NCBI GenBank assembly: GCA_047967505.1
Contig: CM106538.1
Source of the DNA: Dipteris shenzhenensis
Taxonomy: Eukaryota
DNA length: 64,000 nt
Reading direction: 5' to 3' (one strand)
In this document: piece by piece, positions 11,301 to 24,036 of the stretch
Position numbering within the stretch: position 1 is the stretch's first letter
Layout of the letters: each line of letters begins with the position of its first letter
The notes under the pieces: model-generated
Database searches by the model: none
The model's input: only the letters and a program-made list of their open reading frames with translations
What the model was told of the DNA's origin: nothing
Position numbers and translations under genes: made by a program

Positions 11301-14300
11301 GCAAGGGCTCATGAGCAGTTATTGCTTGATCAGAGAGCAGAGTATGCCTTTCATGCACGGGAGTCCGTCTGGATTCAGATGGGTGGTAGAGTCAATAAAC
11401 ACTTTTTCTCTACTCTTGGCCCTAGACATAGTAGAGAGAGTGTATCCCAGCTTATTGACTCACATGGGGTTTTATAGACAGAGCCTGATGATGTCTTACG
11501 CATAGCTTCAGATTTCTATGCCACCCTTCCTACTGCTGATCCTGAGACACATGATAGAGAGGATGCTAGACAGGCTATTTGGCAGAGCATCCCTGTGTTG
11601 GTGAATCCGGGTATGCATGTTCTACTCGATGCACCTTTCACCAACATAGAGTTCAGGACTGCACTTTCAGCCCTTCACAAGGGCAAGTGCCCAGGTTCGG
11701 ATGGCCTCACCCCGTCTTTTTTCATTGCATTCTGGGATATGATTGGAGACTATATTACTTCAGCCCTGCAGGCCATTTGGGACTCTGGCGAGATGCCTAG
11801 GTCGCTTACAGAGGGTCTTATCCACCTTATCCCAAAAGGAGGTTGCAGAAATTTAGTGTCCCAGTGGAGGCCTATCACACTTTTGGGGACTTGTTACAAG
11901 ATTCTAGCCAAGGCTATCAGCCTCCGATTGCAGCCCCTTCTCCCTGATCTTATTCATGACACTCAGACCGGATTTGTGCATGGTAGAAGCATTTTTTATA
12001 ACATTTTCTCTTTCTGGGAAGCTTCAGAGTGGGCCATGCAGAGTGGCCAGAATCTAGCCATTCTATTTTTGGATTTTGAGAAAGCTTATGACAGAGTAGA
12101 TTGGGGTTTTTTGGAGGGCACCCTTGTACGCTTTGGCTTTACTGATGCTTGGATCAGAGGTGTTTCATCTTTGTACAGATCAGCCCACAGCCAGGTACTT
12201 ATTGGTGGGGTAAGGGGTGAGAGATTTCAGATTTCGAGATCAGTCCGTCAGGGATGCCCCCTTGCTCCTTTCCTTTTTTTGTTCGTGGCCGAAGCTATGA
12301 GTATCTATGTTAGATCTCAAGCTGACATCTTTGGGCTGAGACTTCCCATCAGAAGGGAAGAGGAGCTACTTGACAGTGAGTTGGCAGACGACACAGCAGT
12401 TTACTTGGATGCCACTCCACAGACGCTCACTTCTTTCAGGACGCATTGGATATATTTTGCTTGGCGGCAGGAGCGCATATAAATTGGCATAAATCCAATG
12501 GCTTTTGGATCAGTGATGAGGACACTCCAGTTTGGGGACTTGACATAGGATTCACTTGGGTTCAGAGGGGTGAGCCTATCAGGTATTTGGGCTGCCAGGT
12601 CAGCTGGGATATTTCTACCACGCAGTAGTTTGCTCCCGTTTTGGAGAGCATCAGGAGGAAGCTTCTTTTTTGGAGCTCAGCCAAGCTGGATCTTGCCTCT
12701 ACAGTTGTGGTGGTCAACCAGGTCCTCTTGGCCACGGCCTGGTTTGTTTGTTCATGCTGGTGCCGTTCTAGGGACTGCATCATTCAGCTCAGAAGACCAA
12801 TCAGAAACTTTCTTTGGAGTGGGCTTGATGGCACAGCAGCAGATGCCTTAGCCAGGGTGGCTTGGGAGACCCTCATCCTCCCTACACAGGAAGGGGGTCT
12901 CAATATTATTGATCCAGATTTACAGTGCAGAGCTTTACTTTGCAAGATGGTGGTGCGGGGACTTATGCCAGGGCAGGAACCGTGGAAGGACTTTCTTATT
13001 AGCAGCGTACAGAGGTGCACACCTTCTTCAAGAGGAGACTGGATGAGCAGTGTTAGGTGGATCTTCACTACAGCACACCTCAGATCACCTTCGTCCCCTC
13101 TCATGGTTGCCATTCTGAAAGCTTGGGCCAGTTTCAGAAGCACTCTTTTTCTCGGGAAGAGATTGATAGGCAACCCATCATGTGGAATGACAGTATTTTA
13201 GATGATCATGGCAGACCACTGGGTGCCTCACTCTACATGCAGTGGTCCAGGTGGGAGAGGGGACCTGCATCATCTATGGGGTCTTGGAAAGCTTTCCGTA
13301 GGCTTCCAGAGGAGACCAAATCAAGGTTGACAGGACATCTCAGAGGGAGTGCAGGGAGGATCTTGCAAATTGAGGCAGCCCTTCCAAAGGTTTGGGTAGA
13401 CACAGATGATATGCCACTCACTTCCTCCACTTGGGCAGGTTCTTTTACGAGAGGCGGTGTTCCACTTCAGGTTTTGGCCTTTCGAGATGCACAGGAGGAT
13501 GCTTTAGTTTTTAGTGTCCAGGATGGTGGCAGATTGCTCAGGTCCACAGAGGACATCTTGCTTGAGTCTGCTTTTCAGCCTATCAGGGTTGTAGGTCTTT
13601 TGGTGCAGGGATCAGATTCAGAGTGGTTCCTAGACGCAGACCCCTGGCTACTCTCCACCGGGTCTTGGAGGCTCTAGATCTTTGGGGGAGTTCCCATCAA
13701 GTATTTGCAGTGGGACCCCGGAGAGTGGGAGTGGGTTGACGCAGGGCATCGAGAGAAGAGCATCCCCTTCTTTCGTTACACGGTCAGTAATGCCAGGAGA
13801 TATCAGCTCAGTAGTAGAGGTTGGAGACCTTCCAGAGTTCCTCATTGGGAGACATTTGATATCACTGCGGATCTGCAGAGGTGCTTTTGGGAGAGACTCT
13901 GGAAATCCCACAGGAATAGAAAGATCACTATCTTCTTTTGGCTTTCTATCCATGGTGGGATTGCAGTGAACCTTTGGAGGTCCAGGTTCGGAGCCGACCC
14001 TACTTGCCCTCGATGCCTCTCTGCTTCGGAGACTATTCAGCATTGCTTATGGGATTGCAGACAGGCAAGGATGATTTGGATGGGGGTAGCCAGGACTTTC
14101 AGTCACTTTGCCCACTCCCCATTTTTTATGACATGGGGCTCAGTGGCTTGGCTTTCTCTCACAGGGCCTCAGGTATTCTATGAGAGATTTGACTCCTCTC
14201 GGGCCATTTCGGTTCGACGTCATCGGACTGAGTCCTGTTCGTTGGATGTGGTACCACACCTTCCTTTTACAGCTGTACATGCCTCTGTGGATACTCCTTG

Positions 14301-14699
14301 GGCGATTCTAGCGAGCATAGCATTCTGGCATATCTGGAGAGCTAGATGCACAGAGGCTTTGGAGGGTACTCAGGTTCATCCCTCGCACACATTGGCTAGT
14401 ATCTGGACAGACACCGTACATACTTTGATGGCCGTATGGACAGGTATGCAGGGAGACTCCCGTGCAGCCTCAGCTAGGAGGGCTTCTTTCTTCAATGAAT
14501 GGAAGGATTCTCCTTTCTTCTCTAAGACTACTACAGGGTTGAGGTGGCACTTTCAGCCTTAGCCTTGGTTGTTTTCCACCTCACTCTGAGGGGGTTGTTT
14601 ATTTATCCTCATGATTTCATGATGTATTCCGATTTGCGCTTGCTCTCGCGGGTTTTTTCTCTTACTTAATAGAAGTCTCTTTCTTGAAAAAAAAAAAAA
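8370..14699 (+). mobile_element. L1-clade LINE #1 (family A), near full length, inactivated
   Basis: C-rich 5' UTR; ORF1 ~8738-10261 (LGRGFF, CxxCxxxxHxxxxC); ORF2 10258-~14589 with APE endonuclease (MRIISWNIEG, IQEHK, GGDFN, SDH), RT (WRPITLL, LDFEKAYDRV, QGCPLAP, LADD) and C-terminal Zn finger (CPRC..ETIQHCLWDC); poly(A) 14687-14699. Confidence 0.95.
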
Positions 14700-14959
14700 G
14701 GGACCAACAAGAACATTATTTGCAAGTTTTGCAAGAGGAAAGGACACATCGAAGCCCATTTCTTCAAGAAGAAAGAACAGGAACAAGAGAAGCATCATGC
14801 CAATCTTCTGGCTGAAGAACAAGTTGAACCTGAAGAGCCCCCGAAGGAGATACATGCGGCTATAGTAGAGGTTCATGGCCTCTCTCTTGATGACGAGGAT
14901 TCATTTGACCAAGATTGGGCTTTCTAGGCTCCTATGCTATGTGTGTTTGTGTTGAGTCA

Positions 14960-17900
14960 GGTGTGTGTGAGAGAGAGAGACGAGAGGGTTTGTCCGCCTG
15001 CTGTACAGCCTCCCCAGGATCCCGTACAGGATCGCGACCTGTCCGTACAGACATACGGATGCCGTACGACCACTGCACAGCCGTACGATTACTCCGTCCC
15101 CTCCCTACGCAGCAGTCCTCAGTATCTCCGCCCCTTTTCCATCGTCACTTCCGCACCTTTTCTGAAACTTCCTTTGTATGTCCGTACCCTCCAGTCCCCT
15201 TCCGTACAGCCTAGCATTCCTGCCCACTTTTCCCTTCTCGTACAGTTTCTGCTCGCCCCCACAGCATCCCCGTACCGTTTAGCCTGTTCCGTACACCTGC
15301 ACGATCCGTACAGTACGTACAGACCGTACAATATGTACTCTTACCCTCTACTTTGTCCGTACTCTCTGCCCGTACAAACCCCACCGTACAGCTCTGTTTT
15401 TTCTGCAATTCCATTAATCTTGCCTTGCTCCCCTCCATGGAAGACCAGCTTAAAAGCTACTCCCGCAAGGACTCGACCCGGGACTCTAAAAGACAGCAGG
15501 TTGATTTCTCTTTTGCAGCCTCCGTGGACGCTCACTATGTCTTCGACATGCTTAAAGATGAATTTCATCACAGTCGAAAGGAGTGGGCCAAACCTCCCCC
15601 TGCTCTCAAATATAAGTTAAAGCTGCCCTCCTTGGTCGCTCCTCTTCGAAAGTTCTCTCAACAAGCAGTTATCATTTTCTTCCCAGGAAAGTTACCGTCA
15701 ACAAATGATGTGGCTCAATGGGTTCAGGCTTTGTTGGGAGATTGCTTTGTTGAAGGTGTATACTTTGCCTCTCGAGGTTTTTATGAAGTGCACTTCTCGG
15801 ATGCCTCATATCGTCAGCAGATATTGGAGATGTCACCTCTTTTCTATGGCAGACAAATGGTGCATGTCATGCCATGGTCGCCAAATAAGGATTATCACAG
15901 TCTCATTCGACATCACTGCCCTGTATGGGTTGAGGTAGTGGATTTTCCGGATTATATGAGGGCTGAGTTACCAAGTTTAGCAGCTACTTTGGGGCAAGTT
16001 GTATGCCCACCCCGTCCTTCGTGCAATCGAAATCGGTTTTGTATTCTTTGGGATACAGATCACCCGACCCCTCCTTCCATTGCGGTAGAAGTGGAGGATG
16101 TTCCCCTGGGTGAAAAATATTTTGACTTGAAATGGGGAGTATTTGCAGGTGCTTGTTTTACATGTCATAAGTTTGGCCACCTGGCCTCACAGTGTCCGGC
16201 AGTCCTGCATCAGCTCCCACCCACAGCCATTGCTCCAGAAAATACCTCCCCCCCCACTTATGGCCCGGGGCCTAAGGCTATGCCAACCAAGCTGGGTGAT
16301 GTGGCATCTAAATCAGTCCCTCCCAAAGAAAATGTGGTTCAGGTTTCAGCCAAGCAAAAGATAAAGGAAAAGGCAAAATTTCAGAATCTCTTGCCTCCTC
16401 CCAGGGTGCCTGGCAGCAACCCAAAAAGGTATTTGCGCTCAAACCACGACCGTTACAATCTCGTCATTGGGATGCCTCAACTTCCACCCCCGGTCAGACC
16501 TCTACCCCAGCTGATAGCCTCGCTTCTCAACTGTGGGTTGATGTGTTAAAGAGGGGCATCCCTGTATGTGACAATGATGAGGATTCTAGAGCCAATGATC
16601 CAGGAGGCCAGGTGGATGTTGACGTCATGGCTGAGGCCTGACAGCTTATACCTCTGCTATGCTTTTTGGTTTGACTGTACATATCTCTCATGTCAACTTC
16701 AATTACTTGCATTACATACAATGTTCAAGGTCTTTGCAATGTCAATAAGTGGAGACTTTTCTGGCATTATGTACATAGAATGCACCCCGATGTAATTTCT
16801 TTACAGGAACACAACCAACACTTCTTGGCTGGCCAGCAAGGTCACTATGCTGGGTATGACATCTTTTATGCTGGTACAATGCACTTTTCGGGAGTCTGCA
16901 TGTTGGTGAAACATGATATGCAGCCCATGGTTGCTTACAATGACCCCCAGGGTCGATGGATGGTGATCAAATGCACTTGTCATGCTGATCTCTATGAAAT
17001 AGCATCTGTCTATGCCTCTCAAACTTCAGCGACAAGAGCTCGAATGTGGGCCTCCCTCAAACAATATCCATGGCTGTCTAATGCCTTTTTGTGTGGAGAC
17101 TTTAATAACTCGCCTGCCACTCAAGACAATACCACTCATTGTTCTCATATGATCCCCACTGAGCTTCAACATTGGGAAGATATGCTTTCTTTCTTGCATG
17201 CAGAAGATCTATGGCTCTCAACAAGGGACAGAGATACGGGTTATACATACCATCACAATGCCCTTACTCATTACTGGGCTCGACTTGACAGATGGTATTT
17301 GTTGCATGCTCAGCAGTATGCCAGTTTTACATGTGCATTATGGGTTGATCATTCCCTCTTGCTATCTGATCACTTCCCAGTATGCTTGACTTTATCTATG
17401 GCACGTTTGACAGATGATATGCCTTTTTTTGGTCGTCGCCTACTTCATGTTAATAGTGCTTATCTACTTCATCAACAATTTCAAAACATGGTGAAAGTGG
17501 CTGTCCGCCCCCTCCTCTCACATGCTCAGGAGGACATGGATTTTGCTTGGATCAGTCTTGCTCATCGCTTGCAGGCTGTTATTCAAGACTATGGACGGAG
17601 TTACATGGGAGACCTCAGGCTCAAGCTGAAATGGGCTCAATCTCACAAGCAACAAATGGATATAATCAGCTCTTATAGGCAGCTCACCTCCTCTGAACAG
17701 GATTCTTGTGCTTATGCGGCTCACATCATCCATCAAAATGATCTTCGTAAATTAAAGAAGTGGCAAATCCGAGCTCGCATGAAACCCCTTTTGGACAAGG
17801 GCTGCTCCTCCAAAGCCTTCTTTAAAAGCCTACATGCAGACAGGCGAAAGGAGGATATTTGCAGGATCAGGAAAGATGATGGCACCTGGACTACCTCCAA

Positions 17901-20549
17901 ATCAGAATTGGAATTGCAATGCTCCAGTCACTTCTAGCATCTCTTTTCTCCTTAGATTGATCATTCCGTGCAAGTGAATGCAGCCAGGTCTCAATTCCTT
18001 ACGCATGTTCAGCCCATATTGTCTCGAGAACAGGCTCATGCATTAGAGCAGCCCTTTAAGCTTAATGAACTGGATGATGCTTTGAGTCATTTACGTAAAG
18101 GCAGCTCTCCTGGTTGGGATGGATTGACTGTTGAATTCTTCCGTGCATTTTGGGATGATCTGAAACACACACTTCTTCTTATGATCAATCATGCTTGGGC
18201 AGAACAATCTCTTCCTCTCCTTGGAAACATGGCCTTGTCAAATTGATCCCCAAAAAAAGGTTATCTGAGACAATGGCTGATTGGCGGCCCATATCTCTTA
18301 TGCCAGTCATTTACAAACTCATTGCCAAAATGATTGTCCTCAGGGTTCGATTCATTTTGCATGCAGGACTTCATCCCAGGCAATATGGGTTTGTTCCCAG
18401 AAGGCAGATTACTGACAATATCTCCAATGCTTTGCTTGCAATTGAGTATGCTAAATATTTCAAACAAGATGTTCTCATCCTACAAGTAGACATTGCAAAA
18501 GCATTTGATACTGTCCATTGGGATTTTATCTCTCAGACTATGCATAAATTAGGATTTGGCCCTCGGCTGGTTCACATTATTTACTGGCTCTACTCTCATG
18601 CCACTGCGCAGTGTTTGCTTGCTGGTGGGTTGTCAAGAACCTAGACTATGACCCGCTCAGATTGTTGCATATGGACCATCTTGCAGATACAGGGCAGCTT
18701 CATGGCTTGCAAATTCCAGGGGCACAGCCATTTCTTGCACAGGCATATGCTGATGACTCATATTTCATGCCCAGGCATTCTCAAAGTGACCTCTCTCACT
18801 TGATGCATACTTTGAACAATTTTGGCATAGCTGCTAGACTGCATATTAACTTTCAGAAATCAAATCTTCTAGCTTTGAAAGAAGCTGATTGGCATGCACT
18901 TCGCTGGCCAGGTCACATTATTTCTTCCCATACTATTGTGAGGCACTTAGGGTATCCCATTGGCTGGAATATTACCCCGCAACAACAGCTCAAATGGGTG
19001 CTTCAAAAGATCAACAAGAAGCTGGAATACTGGCATCTATCCACTTGGCCTCTACACGTTCGACTTCGGATAGTACAATCCATCATTATTGCATATGTGC
19101 AATTTTATTTGCCTCTTCTTTCCTGGTCTCATAAGCATTTGGCTTCCTATATGTCCCAGGCCATGGAGATATTTTGGAAAAGCAAATCTCACAAAAAGGC
19201 TTTGCGACTACTTCCAATGCAGTCTGTTTGTTCACCTAAGACTCATGGGGGGCTGAATATTCTCAATCTTCAGTTTCATATGTTGGCAAGAAAGAGCACT
19301 ATGATTGCTGATTTTTTTCAGCAAAAACAGCCATGGGCCATAATGTTAGCAGCCATGTGTGGAAACATGACGTCCCATACATATGGGCACTGGATTACGG
19401 ATCAGTGGGAAGCAGTCATGACCACATTTCAGGGGAAAATTCCTGGTTGTCCTCTTTCTACTGCTTTCATTCATGATTGGAAGAGAATTCTCTCTTATGC
19501 TAAATGGACAGGTGTTTCTTCTCATCATGGCAATTCCTTTCGCTTGAAAAGCATCCATTGGAGCAAGGTGTTTGAATCGCCCCTCGCTTTACAGGCACCC
19601 ATTAAAGCGTATAATCTAATGAAATTGGGCATAAGATCTGTTGGAGATGTTGTGGATCAACAAGGTTACATGCTTTCATTTCCACAAGCTTGCAGGACAT
19701 TCCCTTTGGGTCTATATCATAGATCCATTTGGAGAACACTTACAACTATGTTGCAGCCATTTGCTCCTGTTCCTCCACTGTGTTTGCACAGGACAGATTA
19801 TTGGACTGGAATCTGATCTCTCCATCTCTTGCTATCTGTTCGCTTTCAATGCACAATTTAACCTCCTCGATGGTCTACAGATTTCTTCTTCCATTTCCAT
19901 GGATTGATAAGCATGCCAACACTCTTTGGAATTTGGATAGGCCTTTATCCTGGTGGCAATCACAACTCAAGAAAATTTGGAAAGCCAAATTGCCATTGAA
20001 ACAAAGGCTTTTCTTCTGGAGATGTATAGTGGGAGCTTTTTCCATTGGGGTGAAATTGGCAGCACGTCGCATTGCTTCCCCTTCCTGCCTCCGTTGCTCT
20101 CATCACCGTGAGACAGTTCCTCATCTATTATGGTCTTGCTCGCATTCCCGGATATTGATCACTCATGTCTCTCATTTGCTGCGGCTTCGGTTTCCCTCCA
20201 TCAGACTCGGGAAACTCTTCTGGATGTTTGGATGCTTCTCATCTTAGATGTCTCCATTCCTCCTTTTCTTTCACTGGACTCGCTTTTGGGTACTATGGAC
20301 CATTTGGACACAGAGATTGCATTCTAGGATGGGACAACAGTTTCCTCAGGCATATGCTTTCTTCAGAATGTCCCTCAAGCAATCTCTATATGATAGTTAT
20401 GCTACGAGGGACTTGGATGCTACTAGCCTTGAAGTGTTTTCTGACTATTTTTGAGTTCTCCCATTAGGCTCTATATCGGAGTCTAATGTCATGTACATTG
20501 ATCTCATGTTAATAATATAGTTACTAGTTTTACAAAAAAAAAAAAAAAA
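14960..20549 (+). mobile_element. L1-clade LINE #2 (family B), full length with 15-bp TSD
   Basis: TSD GTTTGTGTTGAGTCA at 14945-14959 and 20550-20564. ORF1 from 15437 (SRGFYEV, CFTCHKFGHLASQC); ORF2 16690-20454 (TYNVQGL, LQEH, GDFN, SDH, WRPISL, YADD, CLRC..ETVPHLLWSC); poly(A) 20534-20549. Confidence 0.96.
15003..15389 (+). promoter_or_regulatory. Cluster of 13 CCGTAC motifs (18 GTAC cores) in the L1 #2 5' UTR; putative SBP/SPL-binding array
   Basis: Counted directly: CCGTAC at 15022, 15043, 15062, 15081, 15182, 15202, 15270, 15289, 15306, 15324, 15357, 15370, 15384. Function is inferred. Confidence 0.55.
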
Positions 20550-21120
20550 GTTTGTGTTGAGTCAAATAACGGTTCTCAACCTTGAGTTGTCCCTCTAAAG
20601 TGAATGTCTTTGGAGCCAATAAGAGGTACTCTGCTGTGGGTTGTCTCCCAAAAATGAATGTATTGTCTTTTACTTTGGTATTGACCACCCAGTTCAGAGT
20701 AAGAGGGGGTGACGAGTGATGGTCTACCCTTGCCGGTTGACTGAGAAGTCGCCATCACACGGGAGGTGTTGGATAGTTGGACTTGCTCTTTGCAGTATTG
20801 CAGTGGAGGGGGGATCGGTCTGCTCTTTGCGTGTTGGGTCTCACACTCTTTGCTCTGAAGGGGGGTGTTGGAGATATTATAGCCAAAGGGTGTGGTGATA
20901 TGACGTGTTAGCGTGTAGTACTAAGTGATCTAGTACTGGTTCATGTGTGAGTCATGTTTGAGTGCCACGTGTCATTATGGGACTTATCCCATATGCACTA
21001 GGTGCTAGTGTGAGTGTGTAGCCTATATAAAGGCTTGTACTTCGATTGTCATGATATACTTGATGAATGAATAAAAGCCTTTGTCATGTCTTTATTTGAG
21101 CATCATTTCCTCACACCCTT

Positions 21121-21162
<42 letters not shown>

Positions 21163-21293
21163 CACCATGTTTCTAACATGATCTGGATCAGCGAGTGTAG
21201 AATTTAGTAGGATCCAAGTTCAAATCAAGGTCCACAAAGGTCCTTTTGAGGATCCTTTGAATATATTGCTAGATGCTAAAAAATCATTTCAAT

Positions 21294-21603
21294 TTTTTTG
21301 TCTCCCTCCCTTAAAGATGAACATAAGGGATCTCATACGTGTATCTTAATACCATGCCCAGAAGGGAGAGGTGTGGGTGGAAACTCGGCCAAGTATGCAA
21401 CTTGACTTTGTCATGTCTCATATACATGAGTAGCTCTATCCATAACAACTCTTAGTAAAGTTTTTTTCTCTCCCTCCCTTAAAGATAAACATAAGGGATC
21501 TCATACATGTATCTTAATACCATGGCTAGAAGGGAGAGGTGTGGGTGGAAACTCAGCCAAGTACGCAGCTTGACTTTGTCATGTCTCATATACATGAGTA
21601 GCT
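21294..21603. repeat. Two-copy tandem duplication (period 168 bp) in the E1 internal region
   Basis: TCTCCCTCCCTTAAAGAT...CATATACATGAGTAGCT starts at 21301 and again at 21469. Confidence 0.9.
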
Positions 21604-22815
21604 TTAAGTCTTAGTAAAGTTACCTTTAAGCCACTAGAAGGGATCCTTTACCTAGGAATCCACTTCTTTTCTTGCTTTATTCAAAGGGAAAGTATACCCA
21701 CAAGACGGGTTCTCTTAATCCTATATGTAGCAAGAGTTATTAATATCCAAATAGAGGATACACTTATTTATTGCTCAATGGCACTCAGTGTTCTAGTCCT
21801 ATACATTATCTATAGCACTAGTTGAATTGAGTTATCTAAGTGGATATCCAGTACAGGATAACTCTATCAATTGAAAAGGGTTACTTTAATGACATAGCCG
21901 TGTCATCAGGTAATGGTCTTAGCCTTAGTTAATCCAACTAGACAACATTCAATGGGTTTTATAAACATCGGATTAGCCAACCACACACTTTTCTGGTCTG
22001 CATCACTAAAGTGATGCAACCTGCCATTTTCATGGCCGTTTAGTCAATTCATGACTAGTCAATCACTTCTTAGCCTAAAGTCCCATTTATACGTTTTAAA
22101 TAAAGAGAATTTAAAACTTTACTTTTCGAAAAAAGATATAATTTTAGGACCCATAAATTTCTTAAAATAATTCATGGTGGTGGCAAACATATGTATGACA
22201 AAAAGTAATGATCCATTATAACTAATTATCCTTTAAGTGGAAAATTTTATAATTACATCAATTATTCTCCACCCAATAATCAACATGGTGGTTCAAATCA
22301 AAATAAGACCTCAATTCCCAGGTTTCTTAGTCGCAGGCTTAGGCTAGCCAATTAATGAACTCATTATGTGAGTCATCATCGTAAATTCTATTGTCCCATC
22401 CTATAACGGGGACATTCCACGAATGGAGGCTTTGAGTTCCTCTTGTAAAGCCTTGATTTGGACTTTTGCCTACAATCATCCTTAGTGTAAATCAAATCTC
22501 AATCCCGTAAATCATGAAATCAGCTTTTCTTCAAGCATAGAGATGCTTATCCATCTATCTCCTTAGCCCACTTCCAGTAGCTTCTACTAGGACCATGTGT
22601 GTCCCATCTTGAGATGAACACACGCTAAGGAAACTACACTTTCCTCTATGGCAACCGGACTAGGCAAAGCTTGAAGCTAGCTATGATACCAAATGATGCA
22701 TCCCCTAACCAGGTTTGGTAAGCCCCAGATGCTATAGGGTTATAACTTCAAGCTAGAGTCCAAAGAAGTCCAAACAAACCACGTTATACACCCGCAAACA
22801 ACCCATAAGGGTTGG

Positions 22816-23282
22816 TGTCACCAAATTGGTACTTCTCTCAAGACATAAAGAGGAATCTTTATTGCATTGACAATGGTCAAGAAAGTTGACTCTGGTTAAC
22901 TAGAATAAGCTTTGTTTTACTTTTGCTTTGCATTAGTAAAAGAGAACTATGGAGACGCTCACATGGGACTAGGATTAGTCCAAGAATAGGAATGCATGCA
23001 TTTTGCTAACCTCTAATGGGTTAAAGTGTTGGAACTTGTTTGTGCAATGTGTAGGACCTAAGAGAGTGCAAAAAGGATCCAAGAGTGGGAAGAAAGGCAC
23101 AAAAGCCAGGTCCCATGAGGCCAAAAGCATGGACAAGGGGACGCCTCTTTAAAAGGAGGGCCCACTAGATTAAAAAAGGCACCAAAAGCACCAGATTTAA
23201 AAAGAAAGCCTAAAAGCTTGGTTTTTTTTGTAAAAGTAGCTTTTAGAAAGCAGGCCGTAGCTTTTTGCTAGGCCTAGTCTAA
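22816..23282 (+). mobile_element. LTR-like repeat D, partial, inserted into the E1 5' LTR
   Basis: Starts TGTCACCA. Reverse-complement homologue at ~50110-50609 ends in GGTGACA. Confidence 0.7.
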
Positions 23283-23289
23283 AGCAAGG

Positions 23290-24036
23290 AGGAATAGAAG
23301 AAATTGTAAAGATCCACAGTAGAGTGTCCATAAAGCCGAGAAGTACGGGCATGATGTAATGACCATGTTAAAAGCTATACAAGGAAAACGGGCACGAAGA
23401 TAAGTCCCAATCTGGAAAGAAAGTCACAAGCAAGTGGGCAAGTCCAAAGCAGATAACGGTTGTCTCCCTCGGATGCAAACAAGATGGACAATGTGACGAA
23501 GTATTGCGCCTGGCAGCCAAGAAAGAACCCACTGGCAAAGCACCAACCAAACATTACCATAAGAAAAGCCGTTGTCTAAGCGGGAGCTTACTATTCCAAA
23601 TACGGCCAAGACAAACCTTCCACAAGCAAGTGGTTTGTCAAGTTGCCAGGTAGAAAGACCCCTTTCATTAATCCATGGCTGTGGTAGAAGAAGATGATAA
23701 GCTTTCTTGGCAGTGAGATCCACAAAGGAGAAAGTAGAATGACCCGGAATGCCTCGATCAAATCTCCAGTCCAGAAGTGAAAGGTCAGTAAACAAACGGG
23801 AACTGGCTGGAAAGGAAGCAGCATGGTAGTGAGAATACGCCAGATAGACCTGTGATGCATACCCAAAGAGAAATGTGTCCTGGCCTGTGGAAAAGAAAGA
23901 GTAAGGCCCTTGCCATCCACCACATCATCCACTGTGGAGATACCCAGTCGATGTAGAAAGTAGGCCCTCCTAGGCTGAAGATGAGCCAATGGACACGCAC
24001 TCTCACTTTCCCTCACTTTTACACACACACACACAC
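23290..24036 (-). mobile_element. Family-B L1 ORF2 3' fragment with a (GT)n 5' flank
   Basis: Minus-strand peptides GISTVDDVVDGKG..SFPQAR..F.LG.HHRSIWR and VGALPVG..LAARR...CPSC, homologous to L1 #2 19600-20150. Confidence 0.85.

Larger units (their letters stand above)
5392..21178 (+). mobile_element. Gag-only Copia-type LTR element E2 inserted in E1 and carrying three LINE insertions
   Basis: 5' LTR 5392-~5665 (truncated) and 3' LTR 20866-21178 (TGTTGGAGA...CTAACA) preceded by PPT GAAGGGGGG. Gag remnants at 7826-8369 (EKFKGEGFPTWQTKMQLLL, STAKQIWSRLETLFG) and 14700-14959 (CKFCKRKGHIEAH zinc knuckle). Only ~300 bp separate gag from the PPT. Confidence 0.85.
3889..22815 (-). mobile_element. 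Non-autonomous LTR retroelement E1 (minus strand), host of the first nest
   Basis: 3' LTR 3889-4554 (TG...CA) abuts reverse-complemented PPT TTCTCCTTTCC. A homologous 5' LTR starts at 22694 next to reverse-complemented PBS TGGTATCATAG (22681-22691, tRNA-iMet type, one mismatch) and is cut at 22815. Its own internal DNA (4555-5391 plus 21179-22693) shows no recognisable RT or integrase. Confidence 0.75.

Noticed and set aside
12376-12395. LADD instead of YADD in the L1 #1 RT as a novel catalytic variant
   Set aside because: Single decayed copy; it cannot be distinguished from a mutation or a FADD-type variant without the family consensus.
15003-15389. CRISPR-like repeat-spacer array
   Set aside because: The repeat is only 6-7 bp with irregular spacing, the context is a eukaryotic LINE, and there are no cas genes.
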